The notes under the pieces are model-generated. The model saw only the letters and a program-made list of their open reading frames with translations, did not search any database and was not told the DNA's origin. The position numbers and the translations under genes were made by a program. Source: Chloroflexota bacterium (lineage in GTDB: Bacteria; Chloroflexota; Dehalococcoidia; Lucifugimonadales; UBA3495). Taken from it: DNA of 64,000 bases. This document shows positions 18,400 to 26,907 of the stretch, one piece after another (positions within the stretch are counted from its first letter, which is position 1; the number at the start of each line of letters is the position of its first letter). The stretch lies in NCBI GenBank assembly GCA_027623815.1, contig JAQBUV010000004.1:12164-76163 (forward strand). Reading direction: 5' to 3'.

Positions 18400-18485
18400 T
18401 GGTGCCGAAGATCAGATTCGAACTGATACGGGGTTGCCCCCACCGGTTTTTGAGACCGGCGCGTCTACCATTCCGCCACTTCGGC
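18400..18485 (-). tRNA. tRNA-Leu(CAA), 86 nt including encoded CCA, long variable arm
   Basis: The reverse complement reads GCCGAAG-TG-GCGGAATGGTAGACGC-G-CCGGT-CTCAAAA-ACCGG-TGGGGGCAACCCCGT-ATCAG-TTCGAAT-CTGAT-CTTCGGC-A-CCA. This is a cloverleaf with anticodon loop CU-CAA-AA. Confidence 0.92.
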
Positions 18486-18786
18486 TTGCTGACCAAGGTG
18501 CTTGCGGGGTAATTATATCACGCTGCAGCTTCAGTTTACCCTTTTCGTAGCCTTAGACTTTGGTTCTACCAGCGGGCAATATTGCCTTTAGACCCGGCGG
18601 TCTCGCCTACGGGCATTTTGATCCCCGCAATTATTGGTCTAGGGCTTGAAATGGCGGTATACTGCTATTCGACCCACGTTAAGCGCTGTGGATTTAGTAG
18701 CGCTAATTAGTTGGGGAGTATCGAAAGTAACGGACCAAAAATTTCAGGGTTTGAACTGGAAGGGCCACATCTTGCCCGATTTCGTC

Positions 18787-18816
18787 TTGACGATTGTTTC
18801 TCAATCGCCCTATAAT
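18787..18816 (+). promoter_or_regulatory. Sigma70-like promoter upstream of rpmH
   Basis: TTGACG (18787-18792), an 18-nt spacer, then TATAAT (18811-18816), 27 nt before the rpmH ATG. Confidence 0.5.
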
Positions 18817-18842
18817 CCTTCGTACTGGAGTATAATTCACTC

Positions 18843-18980
18843 ATGCCTAAACGCACATATCAACCCAAGAAACGCCGCCGGGCTCGAGTCCACGGATTTC
18901 GTTCCCGGTCAAGCACTTCCGATGGTCGAGAAGTATTGCGCCGCCGTCGATTCAAAGGACGGCATAAGCTGACTGTTTAG
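18843..18980 (+). CDS. rpmH: 50S ribosomal protein L34
   Basis: 45-aa ORF absent from the track because it is under 60 aa: [45 protein letters not shown]. Immediately upstream of rnpA, as in most bacteria. Confidence 0.95.
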   Translation: MPKRTYQPKKRRRARVHGFRSRSSTSDGREVLRRRRFKGRHKLTV

Positions 18981-18996
18981 ATAACACTCAGCGATA

Positions 18997-19353
18997 ATGC
19001 AAAGCAGGTTCCGACTAAGTGGCGATAAGCGGTTCTCCCAAATTCATCAAGAAGGCCGTAGCGTAGCTAACAATTTGTTAGTTGTTCGAGTCTTGCCCAA
19101 CGAGCTAGACTACAACCGCTATGGGTTTATGGTGAGCAAACGCTTGGGGAATTCCGTAACTAGGAACAAGGTGAAACGCAGGCTACGAGAAGTGGTTCGG
19201 CAATCCGACCTCAAGTCTGGGTGGGACGCGGTATTTATCGCGCGCAGGGGAGCTGAAAAGGCCAATTACCATGAGTTGCAGCAAGCCGCTCAAAATCTCT
19301 TGAGACGCACTCGCTTGATTTCCACCATGCTTGAGCGGAATTCTCCCGAATGA
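18997..19353 (+). CDS. rnpA: Ribonuclease P protein component
   Basis: 118 aa, basic. [17 protein letters not shown]...[24 protein letters not shown]. Conserved position after rpmH. Confidence 0.92.
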   Translation: MQSRFRLSGDKRFSQIHQEGRSVANNLLVVRVLPNELDYNRYGFMVSKRLGNSVTRNKVKRRLREVVRQSDLKSGWDAVFIARRGAEKANYHELQQAAQNLLRRTRLISTMLERNSPE

Positions 19354-19559
19354 AATTCATTGCGTTGCAGGCTATCTGGGTCTATCAACGAGTTGTGTCT
19401 CCGTATCTGCCTTCAGCTTGCCGCTACTCACCCTCCTGCTCGCACTATTCCCATGAGGCAATCCAACGTCACGGCGTGCTCAAGGGTGGTTGGCTGGGCT
19501 TAAAGCGTTTGTCTCGCTGCCATCCTTGGGGAAGCAGAGGATACGACCCTGTACCATAA
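19350..19559 (+). CDS. yidD: Membrane protein insertion efficiency factor YidD
   Basis: 69 aa. [31 protein letters not shown] motif. ATGA overlap with the rnpA stop. Confidence 0.93.
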   Translation: MKFIALQAIWVYQRVVSPYLPSACRYSPSCSHYSHEAIQRHGVLKGGWLGLKRLSRCHPWGSRGYDPVP

Positions 19560-19563
19560 TTTT

Positions 19564-20847
19564 ATGACATCAATTCCTTCCTTTTTTGTGTCGCGTTCTC
19601 CCACTCAAACAGTCACAAATCTCAGACCGAATGCAACCAAAGAAATTGTACCTTTGGGGCTTTCAGCCGCCAGGTGGGCGTCTTTGGTATCGCTCTTCCT
19701 CATTGCGGTTGTAGCATTGGGCGCATGCCAGCCCAATTTAGGCTCTTCAATCCAGGGTTGGTCGCCAGCCGTTGCCAGTGGAGGAGTGGTCTATGTTGCC
19801 ACTCAACAGGGCAAGCTGAAAGCCCTGATTGACGATGGTACAGGAGTGGTTAGCGTCAAGTGGAGTTTTCCTTCCGGAGATGACGAGTTAGGCGGTGTAT
19901 TCAACACCCCCGTAGTAGGCGAAGAGCTAATTTATGTCGCCGCGGTAGACGGGATGCTTTACGCCATTGACAAGCAAACCGGCGCTGTCGGCCAAAATGG
20001 TTGGAGCGCGACCCTGGTGCAAGATTCAGACAATCAACACCTGGTGTCCGGGCCCGTCGTTGACGCAAGCGAAAGTACCATATTGGTCGGTTCAGACGAT
20101 AATAATTTGTATGCCATTAACGCCGACAACGGTGCGGAAAAATGGAGATTTATGGCGGGGGATAAAATTTGGTCGACTCCCGTTATTGCTAATGACACGG
20201 TCTACTTTGGCTCTCACGACCGGAACGTTTACGCTCTGGACCTGGCCACCGGCGATGTAAAATGGCAGTTCCCCACCGGGGGAGCAGTGGTCGCTCGCCC
20301 CCTGGTTTGGCGGGACATGGTGCTGATCGGATCATTCGACCGAAAGTTTTACGCTCTGGATGCCGAGGACGGCACGGAACTCTGGACTTTTGACGACGCC
20401 AACAACTGGTTCTGGGCTGGTGCTGTCGCCAGCAATAGCTTTGTTTTTGCTCCCTCTATGGATGGCCACGTTTACGCGCTGGATCGGGTGGGTAATCTGC
20501 AGTGGGATTACGATGCGGGATCGCCTCTGGTCGCTAACCCAGTGATTGTACCTAGAGGCCTGGTGATAGCCTCTAGAGAGGGCGATGTTTCCCTGATTGA
20601 AATCACTGCTGGCAATTTGGTCAACCAGTATTCAGATATAACGCCAGTGGAAATTCTTGCCCCCATATTTACCCCGCCCATACCCGAAAACTCGCTAAGT
20701 TTGACCGGAATCCAAGTCGGCGGCGGCAATCAGCAAGAATCGGTGTTTGTTGGAGCGCAGGACGGTACGGTTCACCGAATTCAGGCCAAATCAGGCCTGA
20801 TCAAGGTCTGGTGTTTTGACACCAAAGAGGATGCGGCATGCCAATAG
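19564..20847 (+). CDS. PQQ-like (BamB/YVTN-type) beta-propeller repeat lipoprotein
   Basis: 427 aa. Signal/lipobox-like VVALGAC. Repeated NLYAINADNG / VYALDLATGDVKW / FYALDAEDGTELW blades. Confidence 0.75.
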   Translation: MTSIPSFFVSRSPTQTVTNLRPNATKEIVPLGLSAARWASLVSLFLIAVVALGACQPNLGSSIQGWSPAVASGGVVYVATQQGKLKALIDDGTGVVSVKWSFPSGDDELGGVFNTPVVGEELIYVAAVDGMLYAIDKQTGAVGQNGWSATLVQDSDNQHLVSGPVVDASESTILVGSDDNNLYAINADNGAEKWRFMAGDKIWSTPVIANDTVYFGSHDRNVYALDLATGDVKWQFPTGGAVVARPLVWRDMVLIGSFDRKFYALDAEDGTELWTFDDANNWFWAGAVASNSFVFAPSMDGHVYALDRVGNLQWDYDAGSPLVANPVIVPRGLVIASREGDVSLIEITAGNLVNQYSDITPVEILAPIFTPPIPENSLSLTGIQVGGGNQQESVFVGAQDGTVHRIQAKSGLIKVWCFDTKEDAACQ

Positions 20848-20878
20848 GTAGTACCTCCCGCCGGAAGGTAGGAGCTTC

Positions 20879-21805
20879 TTGGAAATAATTTTTTCCCTCT
20901 GGAACGAGATAATCATCCGGCCCATGCTCAACACGCTGATGGTGTTGTATGTAGTCTTCTTCAACAACATGGGTATAGCCATCATCGTGTTTACGATCTT
21001 GGTGCGGCTGATAACTTTGCCCTTAACCTTGAAGCAAGTACGCCAGATGCGCTCAATGAACCTGCTCCAGCCCAAGATGAAGGAAATACAGGAGCGTTTC
21101 AAAGGCGACCGGGCCCGGGTCTCACAAGAGACCATGAAAATGTACAAGGAGGCCGGGGTCAGCCCCCTCGGCTGTCTGGGGCCGCTGGTCGTACAGATGC
21201 CAATCCTGATCGGCCTGTTCCGGGTGCTGATCCAGACCTTGTTCGCCAACCCGGACGACCTGGTGGGCCTGTCGGACAAGCTTTACTCATGGATATCCTT
21301 CTTGCCAATCTACGAAGCAGCGCCCCTCAACAACAGCTTCTTTGGCATGAATCTGGCAGAACCAGACCCCACCAGCTTTGTCTTGCCGATACTGGTGGCC
21401 GCTTCTACCTGGGTTCAGCAAAAAATGACCATGATGCCCTCCATGGACCCGAGGCAGCAGTCCAGCCAGAACATGATGCTGTGGATGATGCCTATATTCC
21501 TGGGGGTCTTTTCCCTGGGGTGGCCCAGCGGATTGCCCCTGTACTGGATAGTCTCCAACTTGATTGGAGTATCAATTCAATACTTCATCACCGGATGGGG
21601 GCCACTTTTCCCATTGTTTCCCAAGGCTACGCCTGCTCCCGCGTCAAATCAGCCGAGCCAGGGTAGCCAAGACACGACATCCGAGGAGGTGTTAGAAGAT
21701 GGAACCAGTAGTACGAACCGCACGAACCGTCGAAGAAGCCGAAGAACTGGCTCTGAAAGAACTAGGCATCGACCGCAACGAGGCCGAGGTAGAAATTCTA
21801 AGTAG
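20879..21805 (+). CDS. yidC: Membrane protein insertase YidC (short, Oxa1-like form) with basic C-tail
   Basis: 308 aa. LVRLITLPLTLKQ..SM..LQPKMKEIQERFKGD, five TM segments, Arg-rich C-terminus. TTG start with GGAG upstream. Confidence 0.9.
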   Translation: MEIIFSLWNEIIIRPMLNTLMVLYVVFFNNMGIAIIVFTILVRLITLPLTLKQVRQMRSMNLLQPKMKEIQERFKGDRARVSQETMKMYKEAGVSPLGCLGPLVVQMPILIGLFRVLIQTLFANPDDLVGLSDKLYSWISFLPIYEAAPLNNSFFGMNLAEPDPTSFVLPILVAASTWVQQKMTMMPSMDPRQQSSQNMMLWMMPIFLGVFSLGWPSGLPLYWIVSNLIGVSIQYFITGWGPLFPLFPKATPAPASNQPSQGSQDTTSEEVLEDGTSSTNRTNRRRSRRTGSERTRHRPQRGRGRNSK

Positions 21806-22499
21806 GGGCAAGGCCGGTTTTCTAGGCATTGGCGCTGAAATGGCTCGAGTCAGAGTCACCCAGATATCCATTGGTGGTACCGTCCCTAGCGAAACCGCCC
21901 CAAAGGAAACCGCACTTAGGGAATCCGCCCCGGTTAGTGGTTCTTCGGTCGGTACCGCCCCAGGGGGTAGATCTTCGGGCAGTAGCTCTTCAATCAGCAC
22001 TGCCTCTGGGGAGACCGCCGCCGCGGGCAGCGCTGCCGCCGTGGCTATTGAGGCGGTCAACCGTGTTCTTTCACTGGCCAAGGTGAACGTGGTTAGCACT
22101 CTTCGGGCCGCCAACGACCCGGAAGTGGGTGGGCCAATTATTGACCTGACTGGAGAGGACTCTGGCCTCTTGATTGGACGGCGGGGCCAGACTTTGCAAG
22201 CCCTTCAATTCGTGGTGAACATGATCTCCCGTAAAGAACTTGGAGAGAGCGTCCGGGTGGTCTTGGACGTGGAGCATTACCGCCAACGTCGGGAGGAGTC
22301 GCTCCGGGACATGGCCACCAAAGTCGCATCCCGAGTGGCGCAGACCGGTCGCAGCATAACCCTGGAGCCGATGTCGGCGGCGGACCGCCGCATGGTCCAC
22401 GTGGCCCTGGCCGACTACCAGGGCGTGAGGACTGAGAGTGGGGGCCTGGGCGACGACCGGAAAGTGACCATATTCCCTAGCTCCGGGACAACCGCCTAG
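21699..22499 (+). CDS. jag: RNA-binding protein Jag/KhpB (Jag_N, KH, R3H domains)
   Basis: 266 aa. Jag_N (ARTVEEAEELALKELGIDRNEAEVEIL), a low-complexity insert, then KH and R3H (EPMSAADRRMVHVAL). GAGGAGGT lies 8 nt upstream of the ATG. Overlaps yidC by 107 nt. Confidence 0.88.
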   Translation: MEPVVRTARTVEEAEELALKELGIDRNEAEVEILSRGKAGFLGIGAEMARVRVTQISIGGTVPSETAPKETALRESAPVSGSSVGTAPGGRSSGSSSSISTASGETAAAGSAAAVAIEAVNRVLSLAKVNVVSTLRAANDPEVGGPIIDLTGEDSGLLIGRRGQTLQALQFVVNMISRKELGESVRVVLDVEHYRQRREESLRDMATKVASRVAQTGRSITLEPMSAADRRMVHVALADYQGVRTESGGLGDDRKVTIFPSSGTTA

Positions 22500-22570
22500 G
22501 TGAGTAGAGCAATAATCACCTAGCCTGGCTGATGTCAGACTAGGCGCCAGCATCCATATCCTAAAGGATG

Positions 22571-22601
22571 GGAATTTCCGCTTGAAATAGGGGGAAATTC
22601 C
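22571..22601. promoter_or_regulatory. Perfect 9-bp inverted repeat abutting the purF -35 box (candidate operator)
   Basis: GGAATTTCC (22571-22579), 13 nt, then GGAAATTCC (22593-22601). It ends 1 nt before TTGACC. Confidence 0.35.
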
Positions 22602-22602
22602 G

Positions 22603-22631
22603 TTGACCAGTGGGTAAAATGGACTTAGAAT
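22603..22631 (+). promoter_or_regulatory. Sigma70-like promoter of purF; geometry suggests a leaderless or near-leaderless mRNA
   Basis: TTGACC (22603-22608), a 17-nt spacer, then TAGAAT (22626-22631). The purF GTG start codon is at 22638, only 6 nt after the -10 box. Confidence 0.45.
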
Positions 22632-22637
22632 AGCGGT

Positions 22638-24110
22638 GTGAGTATCGGGTTAGATCAGTCCCAACTCCGTTTCCCCTTTGACCACCCCAAGGAAGAGTGT
22701 GGTGTAGTTGGCGTTTATATGCCAGGCCATGAGGCCAGCCGCTTAACCTTCTTCGGATTGTTCGCTCTGCAGCACCGGGGTCAAGAAAGCGCCGGGATTG
22801 CCACCTCTAACGGCAAGAACATCAATGTCCACTCTGATATGGGGCTGGTGTCGCAAATCTTCCGCGAAGAAGATTTTTATCCCCTCTCCGGCGAACTGGC
22901 TATTGGTCACACTCGCTATTCCACCACCGGCAGCAGCCAGCTTTGTAACGCCCAACCGGTGGTAGTTCAGGGCCATCATGGTCGGTTGGCTCTGGCCCAT
23001 AACGGTAACATCATCAATGCGGTTCAGGTGAAGCAACAGTTAGAGGAGCAGTGGAACTGCTCCTTTTCTACTACTACTGATTCTGAATTGATCGCTCATC
23101 TTCTGGCCAACGCCCCGGGGCAGACCTGGGAGGAGCGAGTATTTTACGGCATGAGGGTCCTGAACGGGGCCTTTTCTTTTGCCGCACTGACTTTAGACGC
23201 GATCATCGCGGCCCGCGACCCGCTGGGTATTCGTCCCTTGTGTTTGGGCAAGCTCAACGGCGGCTGGGTTATCGCTTCGGAAAGCTGCGCTATGGAGCAC
23301 ATTGGCGCAACGTTTCTGCGCGAGATTGAACCCGGCGAAGTTATCGTCATTGACCAGAACGGGCTGCGCTCCTCTTTGTGGAGGGGCGACAAAGGCCGCC
23401 GTGCAATGTGCGTCTTTGAACTGATCTACTTCGCCCGGCCCGACAGCGTGATGGACGGCAAGCTGGTGTACTCAACCCGTCGCGAGATGGGCGCTCAGTT
23501 GGCCCGGGAACATCCAGTGGAGGCAGACTTGGTCATAGGCATCCCCGACTCCTCAACCGCGGCCGCGGTGGGCTACGCCCAGGAGTCGGGGATTCCCTAC
23601 AGCGACGGTCTGATCAAGAACCGCTATGTGGGCCGGACGTTCATTGAGCCTGAACAGCGTATGAGAGACATTGGCGTGCGGCAAAAGTTCAATCCCTTGA
23701 CCGAGGTGATTCAAGGCAAGAGACTGGTGGTGGTTGACGATAGTATCGTACGAGGTACCACCACCCCCCACGTGGTCAGTCTGTTGCGTCGGGCCGGAGC
23801 GTCCGAGATACACATGCGGGTATGCGCCCCGCCGATAAAGAACCCTTGCTACATGGGCGTCGACATGGCTACCCGCCAGGAATTGATTGCCGCCAACAAC
23901 ACCATAGAAGAAATCCGGGTGATAACCGGCGCCGATTCTCTGGGCTACTTGACTGTTGAGGGTCTGATGAAGGTGGTCGGCGGAACCCACGGCGGCTTCT
24001 GCTCTGCCTGCTTCACTGGCAACTATCCGGTCCCGGTGCAGTTAGAGCTAGGCAAACTGGCTCTGGAAAAACCCTCCAGCAAAGTTGTCAAGGCATCCAC
24101 TAACCTCTAG
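22638..24110 (+). CDS. purF: Amidophosphoribosyltransferase
   Basis: 490 aa. Propeptide followed by the N-terminal nucleophile CGVVGVY. PRTase motif LVVVDDSIVRGTT. C-terminal Cys cluster. Confidence 0.95.
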   Translation: MSIGLDQSQLRFPFDHPKEECGVVGVYMPGHEASRLTFFGLFALQHRGQESAGIATSNGKNINVHSDMGLVSQIFREEDFYPLSGELAIGHTRYSTTGSSQLCNAQPVVVQGHHGRLALAHNGNIINAVQVKQQLEEQWNCSFSTTTDSELIAHLLANAPGQTWEERVFYGMRVLNGAFSFAALTLDAIIAARDPLGIRPLCLGKLNGGWVIASESCAMEHIGATFLREIEPGEVIVIDQNGLRSSLWRGDKGRRAMCVFELIYFARPDSVMDGKLVYSTRREMGAQLAREHPVEADLVIGIPDSSTAAAVGYAQESGIPYSDGLIKNRYVGRTFIEPEQRMRDIGVRQKFNPLTEVIQGKRLVVVDDSIVRGTTTPHVVSLLRRAGASEIHMRVCAPPIKNPCYMGVDMATRQELIAANNTIEEIRVITGADSLGYLTVEGLMKVVGGTHGGFCSACFTGNYPVPVQLELGKLALEKPSSKVVKASTNL

Positions 24111-24207
24111 CCCCCGGCCAACCCATCCCCCTGCAATCCCAAATGGCTTGCCATCCGTTGGTGCATCCTTTAACCTTGTACTGCCATTTATCCGCGTGGA
24201 CTCGCAA

Positions 24208-24239
24208 GCAATACCCAAGCAATACCCAAGCAATACCAA
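24208..24239. repeat. 11-bp tandem repeat (GCAATACCCAA x about 3) in the purF-purM spacer
   Basis: GCAATACCCAA GCAATACCCAA GCAATACCAA runs directly into the purM Shine-Dalgarno AAGGAG. Confidence 0.8.
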
Positions 24240-24249
24240 GGAGCACATA

Positions 24250-25266
24250 TTGTCGGGCAAAACCTACTTTTCCTCCGGCGTGGACCTGGACGACATGGAT
24301 GGCCTGAAGGACCGCATCAAAGCTTTCTCCGCCATGACGCACGGGCCCGAAGTCTTGGAATCCAGCGGAGGTTTTGCCGGTCTATACCAGCTTTTCGGTT
24401 ATAAAGAGCCAGTCCTGGTGGCCAGCGCCGACGGTGTTGGCACCAAGATGAAGATCGCGGCCCAGTTGGGGCACTTCGAGTCGGTAGGGCAAGACCTGGT
24501 GTCGCTGAACGTCAATGACATCCTGACCAAGGGCGCCAAGCCGCTATTTTTCCTGGACTACATCTCCTTCAGTAACCCTGATGAGCAACGGATGGAAACG
24601 CTGATGCGGGGCATTGTTTGGGGCTGCCGGGAGGTAGGCTGCGCCCTCATTGGCGGCGAAACCGCTCAAATGCCCGGCCTTTACACCGGTGATGACTTTG
24701 ATCTTGCCGGATTCGTTGTCGGGGTGGCTGAGCGCGCCGCGGTGCTGGACACCAACTCCATTCAGCCAGGAGACACCCTCATTGGCATACCCTCCAGTGG
24801 CGTACATACCAATGGGTTTTCACTGGTGCGCAGCGTCTTCAACATTGATGAGAATCCATCGGTATTATTCCAACAATTTGATGGATTGACCCATCAATTG
24901 GGGGAGGAATTGCTGATCCGGCACCGATGCTACTATCCTCTGTTGGCGCCGGTGTTGCCAATGCTGAAGGGGCTGTCTCACATTACCGGCGGTGGGCTTC
25001 CCGGCAAGGTGCCTGGGATACTGCCTGACACCGTTGCCGCTGAGTTTAACCACGGCTCTTGGCTGGTTCCTGCCATATTTCCGGTGATCCAGAGGGTGGG
25101 TAACGTGTCCGACGAGGAAATGTATCGCGTATTTAACATGGGTCTGGGCATGGTAGCGGTATGCGATGAGGAATCAGTAGCTACAATCCTGGATACCCTG
25201 CCTGACGCGCAGGTGGTGGGCAGCATAGTTTCCAGGGTAGGCCAAGAGCAGATACGCATTATTTAG
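24250..25266 (+). CDS. purM: Phosphoribosylformylglycinamidine cyclo-ligase (AIR synthase)
   Basis: AIR-synthase motifs (GGFAGLY, DGVGTK). TTG 24250 lies 6 nt after AAGGAG (24238-24243). The first 55 codons of the tracked 393-aa ORF (from 24085) overlap purF and show no homology. Confidence 0.92.
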   Translation: MSGKTYFSSGVDLDDMDGLKDRIKAFSAMTHGPEVLESSGGFAGLYQLFGYKEPVLVASADGVGTKMKIAAQLGHFESVGQDLVSLNVNDILTKGAKPLFFLDYISFSNPDEQRMETLMRGIVWGCREVGCALIGGETAQMPGLYTGDDFDLAGFVVGVAERAAVLDTNSIQPGDTLIGIPSSGVHTNGFSLVRSVFNIDENPSVLFQQFDGLTHQLGEELLIRHRCYYPLLAPVLPMLKGLSHITGGGLPGKVPGILPDTVAAEFNHGSWLVPAIFPVIQRVGNVSDEEMYRVFNMGLGMVAVCDEESVATILDTLPDAQVVGSIVSRVGQEQIRII

Positions 25267-25276
25267 GCTTAATTTT

Positions 25277-26827
25277 ATGGTTAACGGGACGGCTAAGTTG
25301 AAGGCGCTAATCAGTGTATACAATAAATTGGGAATAGTAGAGTTTGGCGAGAAGCTGACCCAAGCCGGGTTTGAACTGGTCAGTACCGGCGGGACCTACA
25401 ATGTCCTGACCAACGATGGCGGCCTACCGGTGCGGCAAGTATCAGAGATCACTGGATCTCCTGAAATTCTGGACGGTCGGGTCAAGACGCTACATCCAAT
25501 CATCTACGCCGGACTGCTGGCCCGCCGGGACTCCGCCGAGCACATGGGAGAGTTGACCAAGCAGGGCATTGACCCCATCGACCTGGTGGTCGTCAACCTC
25601 TACCCCTTCGTGGCCACCATCAATCGCCCCGACGTCACACTGGCAGACGCGCTGGAAAACATCGACATTGGCGGCCCCACCATGCTCCGAGCCGCCGCCA
25701 AGAACTTTCCATCAGTTGCGGTGGTGGTCGACCCGGATGACTACGGGTGGGTAGCTGAGAAGCTGTCGGGAAGCGGCCTCACCATTGAGGAGCGGCGGCG
25801 TCTGGCGGCCAAAGCGTTCAGCCACGTGGCGGTTTATGACGCGGCCGTAGCCAGCTATTTAACAGTCTCTTCACCAGAAGACGACTTGCCGGACAATCTG
25901 GCCATCGGTTTAACCAAGGTCGCCGGTTTGCGCTACGGGGAAAACCCTCACCAGCGAGGCGCTCTGTACACCCTTTCCGGGAAATCCTCGGGCGGTATCG
26001 CCAGCGCTCAGCAATTGCACGGTCGGGAGCTTTCTTTCAACAACCTGATGGATGCCGATGCCGCCTGGCGGACGGTCAGCGACTACGCCGACCCAACGGT
26101 GGCGGTGATTAAACACGCCAACCCCTGCGGCCTGGCCACCGACGATGACCTGACCAAAGCCTACCAGAGGGCATATGAAGGCGATTCGATATCCGCTTTT
26201 GGCGGCATCGTTGGTTACAACCGGACAGTCACCGCCGCCGCCGCCGAGGCGATGGGCCCGGTGTTTTACGAGGTGGTGGTGGCACCAGGCTATGAACCCG
26301 CCGCGCTAGAGATTCTGGAAAAGAAGCGGAATTTACGTATTCTGTCCGTGGAGCAGGAGTCCGGCGCGACCGCCTACGATGTTAGGCCCCTTACTGGCGG
26401 CATATTGGTCCAGACACCAGATGTCATCGACGAAGACCCAGCGGCCTGGCAGGTGGTTACTCAGCGCGCTCCCACCGAGGCAGAACTGGAAGACCTGGCC
26501 TTTGCCTGGACCGCCGCCAAGCACATCAAGTCTAATGCCATTGTCTTCGCCAAAAATCGGGCGTTGGTTGGGATGGGCGCCGGCCAGCCGAATCGGGTGG
26601 TTAGTGTGCACCTTTCCCAGCGAACCGCTGGAGAAAAAGCCAAGGGCAGCGTGCTGGCTTCGGATGCCTTCTTCCCTTTCCCGGATAACATTGAACTGGC
26701 GGCAGAAGCTGGTGTTACCGCCATTGTGCAGCCCGGCGGTTCAATTCGTGACGAAGAGGTGATTGCAGCAGCCGATAAACATAATCTGGCGATGGTATTC
26801 ACCGGCGTCCGGCATTTCCGTCACTGA
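25277..26827 (+). CDS. purH: Bifunctional AICAR transformylase / IMP cyclohydrolase
   Basis: 516 aa. MGS-like N-domain (ALISVYNK...STGGT) and AICARFT domain (NLYPF, KHANPCG, QPGGSIRD). Confidence 0.95.
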   Translation: MVNGTAKLKALISVYNKLGIVEFGEKLTQAGFELVSTGGTYNVLTNDGGLPVRQVSEITGSPEILDGRVKTLHPIIYAGLLARRDSAEHMGELTKQGIDPIDLVVVNLYPFVATINRPDVTLADALENIDIGGPTMLRAAAKNFPSVAVVVDPDDYGWVAEKLSGSGLTIEERRRLAAKAFSHVAVYDAAVASYLTVSSPEDDLPDNLAIGLTKVAGLRYGENPHQRGALYTLSGKSSGGIASAQQLHGRELSFNNLMDADAAWRTVSDYADPTVAVIKHANPCGLATDDDLTKAYQRAYEGDSISAFGGIVGYNRTVTAAAAEAMGPVFYEVVVAPGYEPAALEILEKKRNLRILSVEQESGATAYDVRPLTGGILVQTPDVIDEDPAAWQVVTQRAPTEAELEDLAFAWTAAKHIKSNAIVFAKNRALVGMGAGQPNRVVSVHLSQRTAGEKAKGSVLASDAFFPFPDNIELAAEAGVTAIVQPGGSIRDEEVIAAADKHNLAMVFTGVRHFRH

Positions 26828-26847
26828 GTAACTATCTTAAGACGCGG

Positions 26848-26907
26848 TTCGACAGGCTCACCACGAGCGGTGGCCAAACCAAGTCCGCTCATTCTGAGCT
26901 TGTCGAA
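26848..26907. repeat. Imperfect 23-bp inverted repeat (REP-like hairpin) downstream of purH
   Basis: TTCGACAGGCTCACCACGAGCGG (26848-26870) against the reverse complement of CCGCTCATTCTGAGCTTGTCGAA (26885-26907). About 19 of 23 positions pair. Confidence 0.6.

Noticed and set aside
18486-18842. Possible oriC next to rpmH/rnpA, since this cluster is often origin-proximal
   Set aside because: Only one weak DnaA-box-like sequence (TGTGGATTT near 18688). There is no cluster of boxes, no AT-rich unwinding element, and no dnaA in the window.
24085-24249. N-terminal 55 codons of the tracked 393-aa purM ORF
   Set aside because: They overlap the purF 3' end, have no homology to AIR synthases and contain the 11-bp tandem repeat. 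A TTG with a consensus SD at 24250 gives a normal-length PurM.
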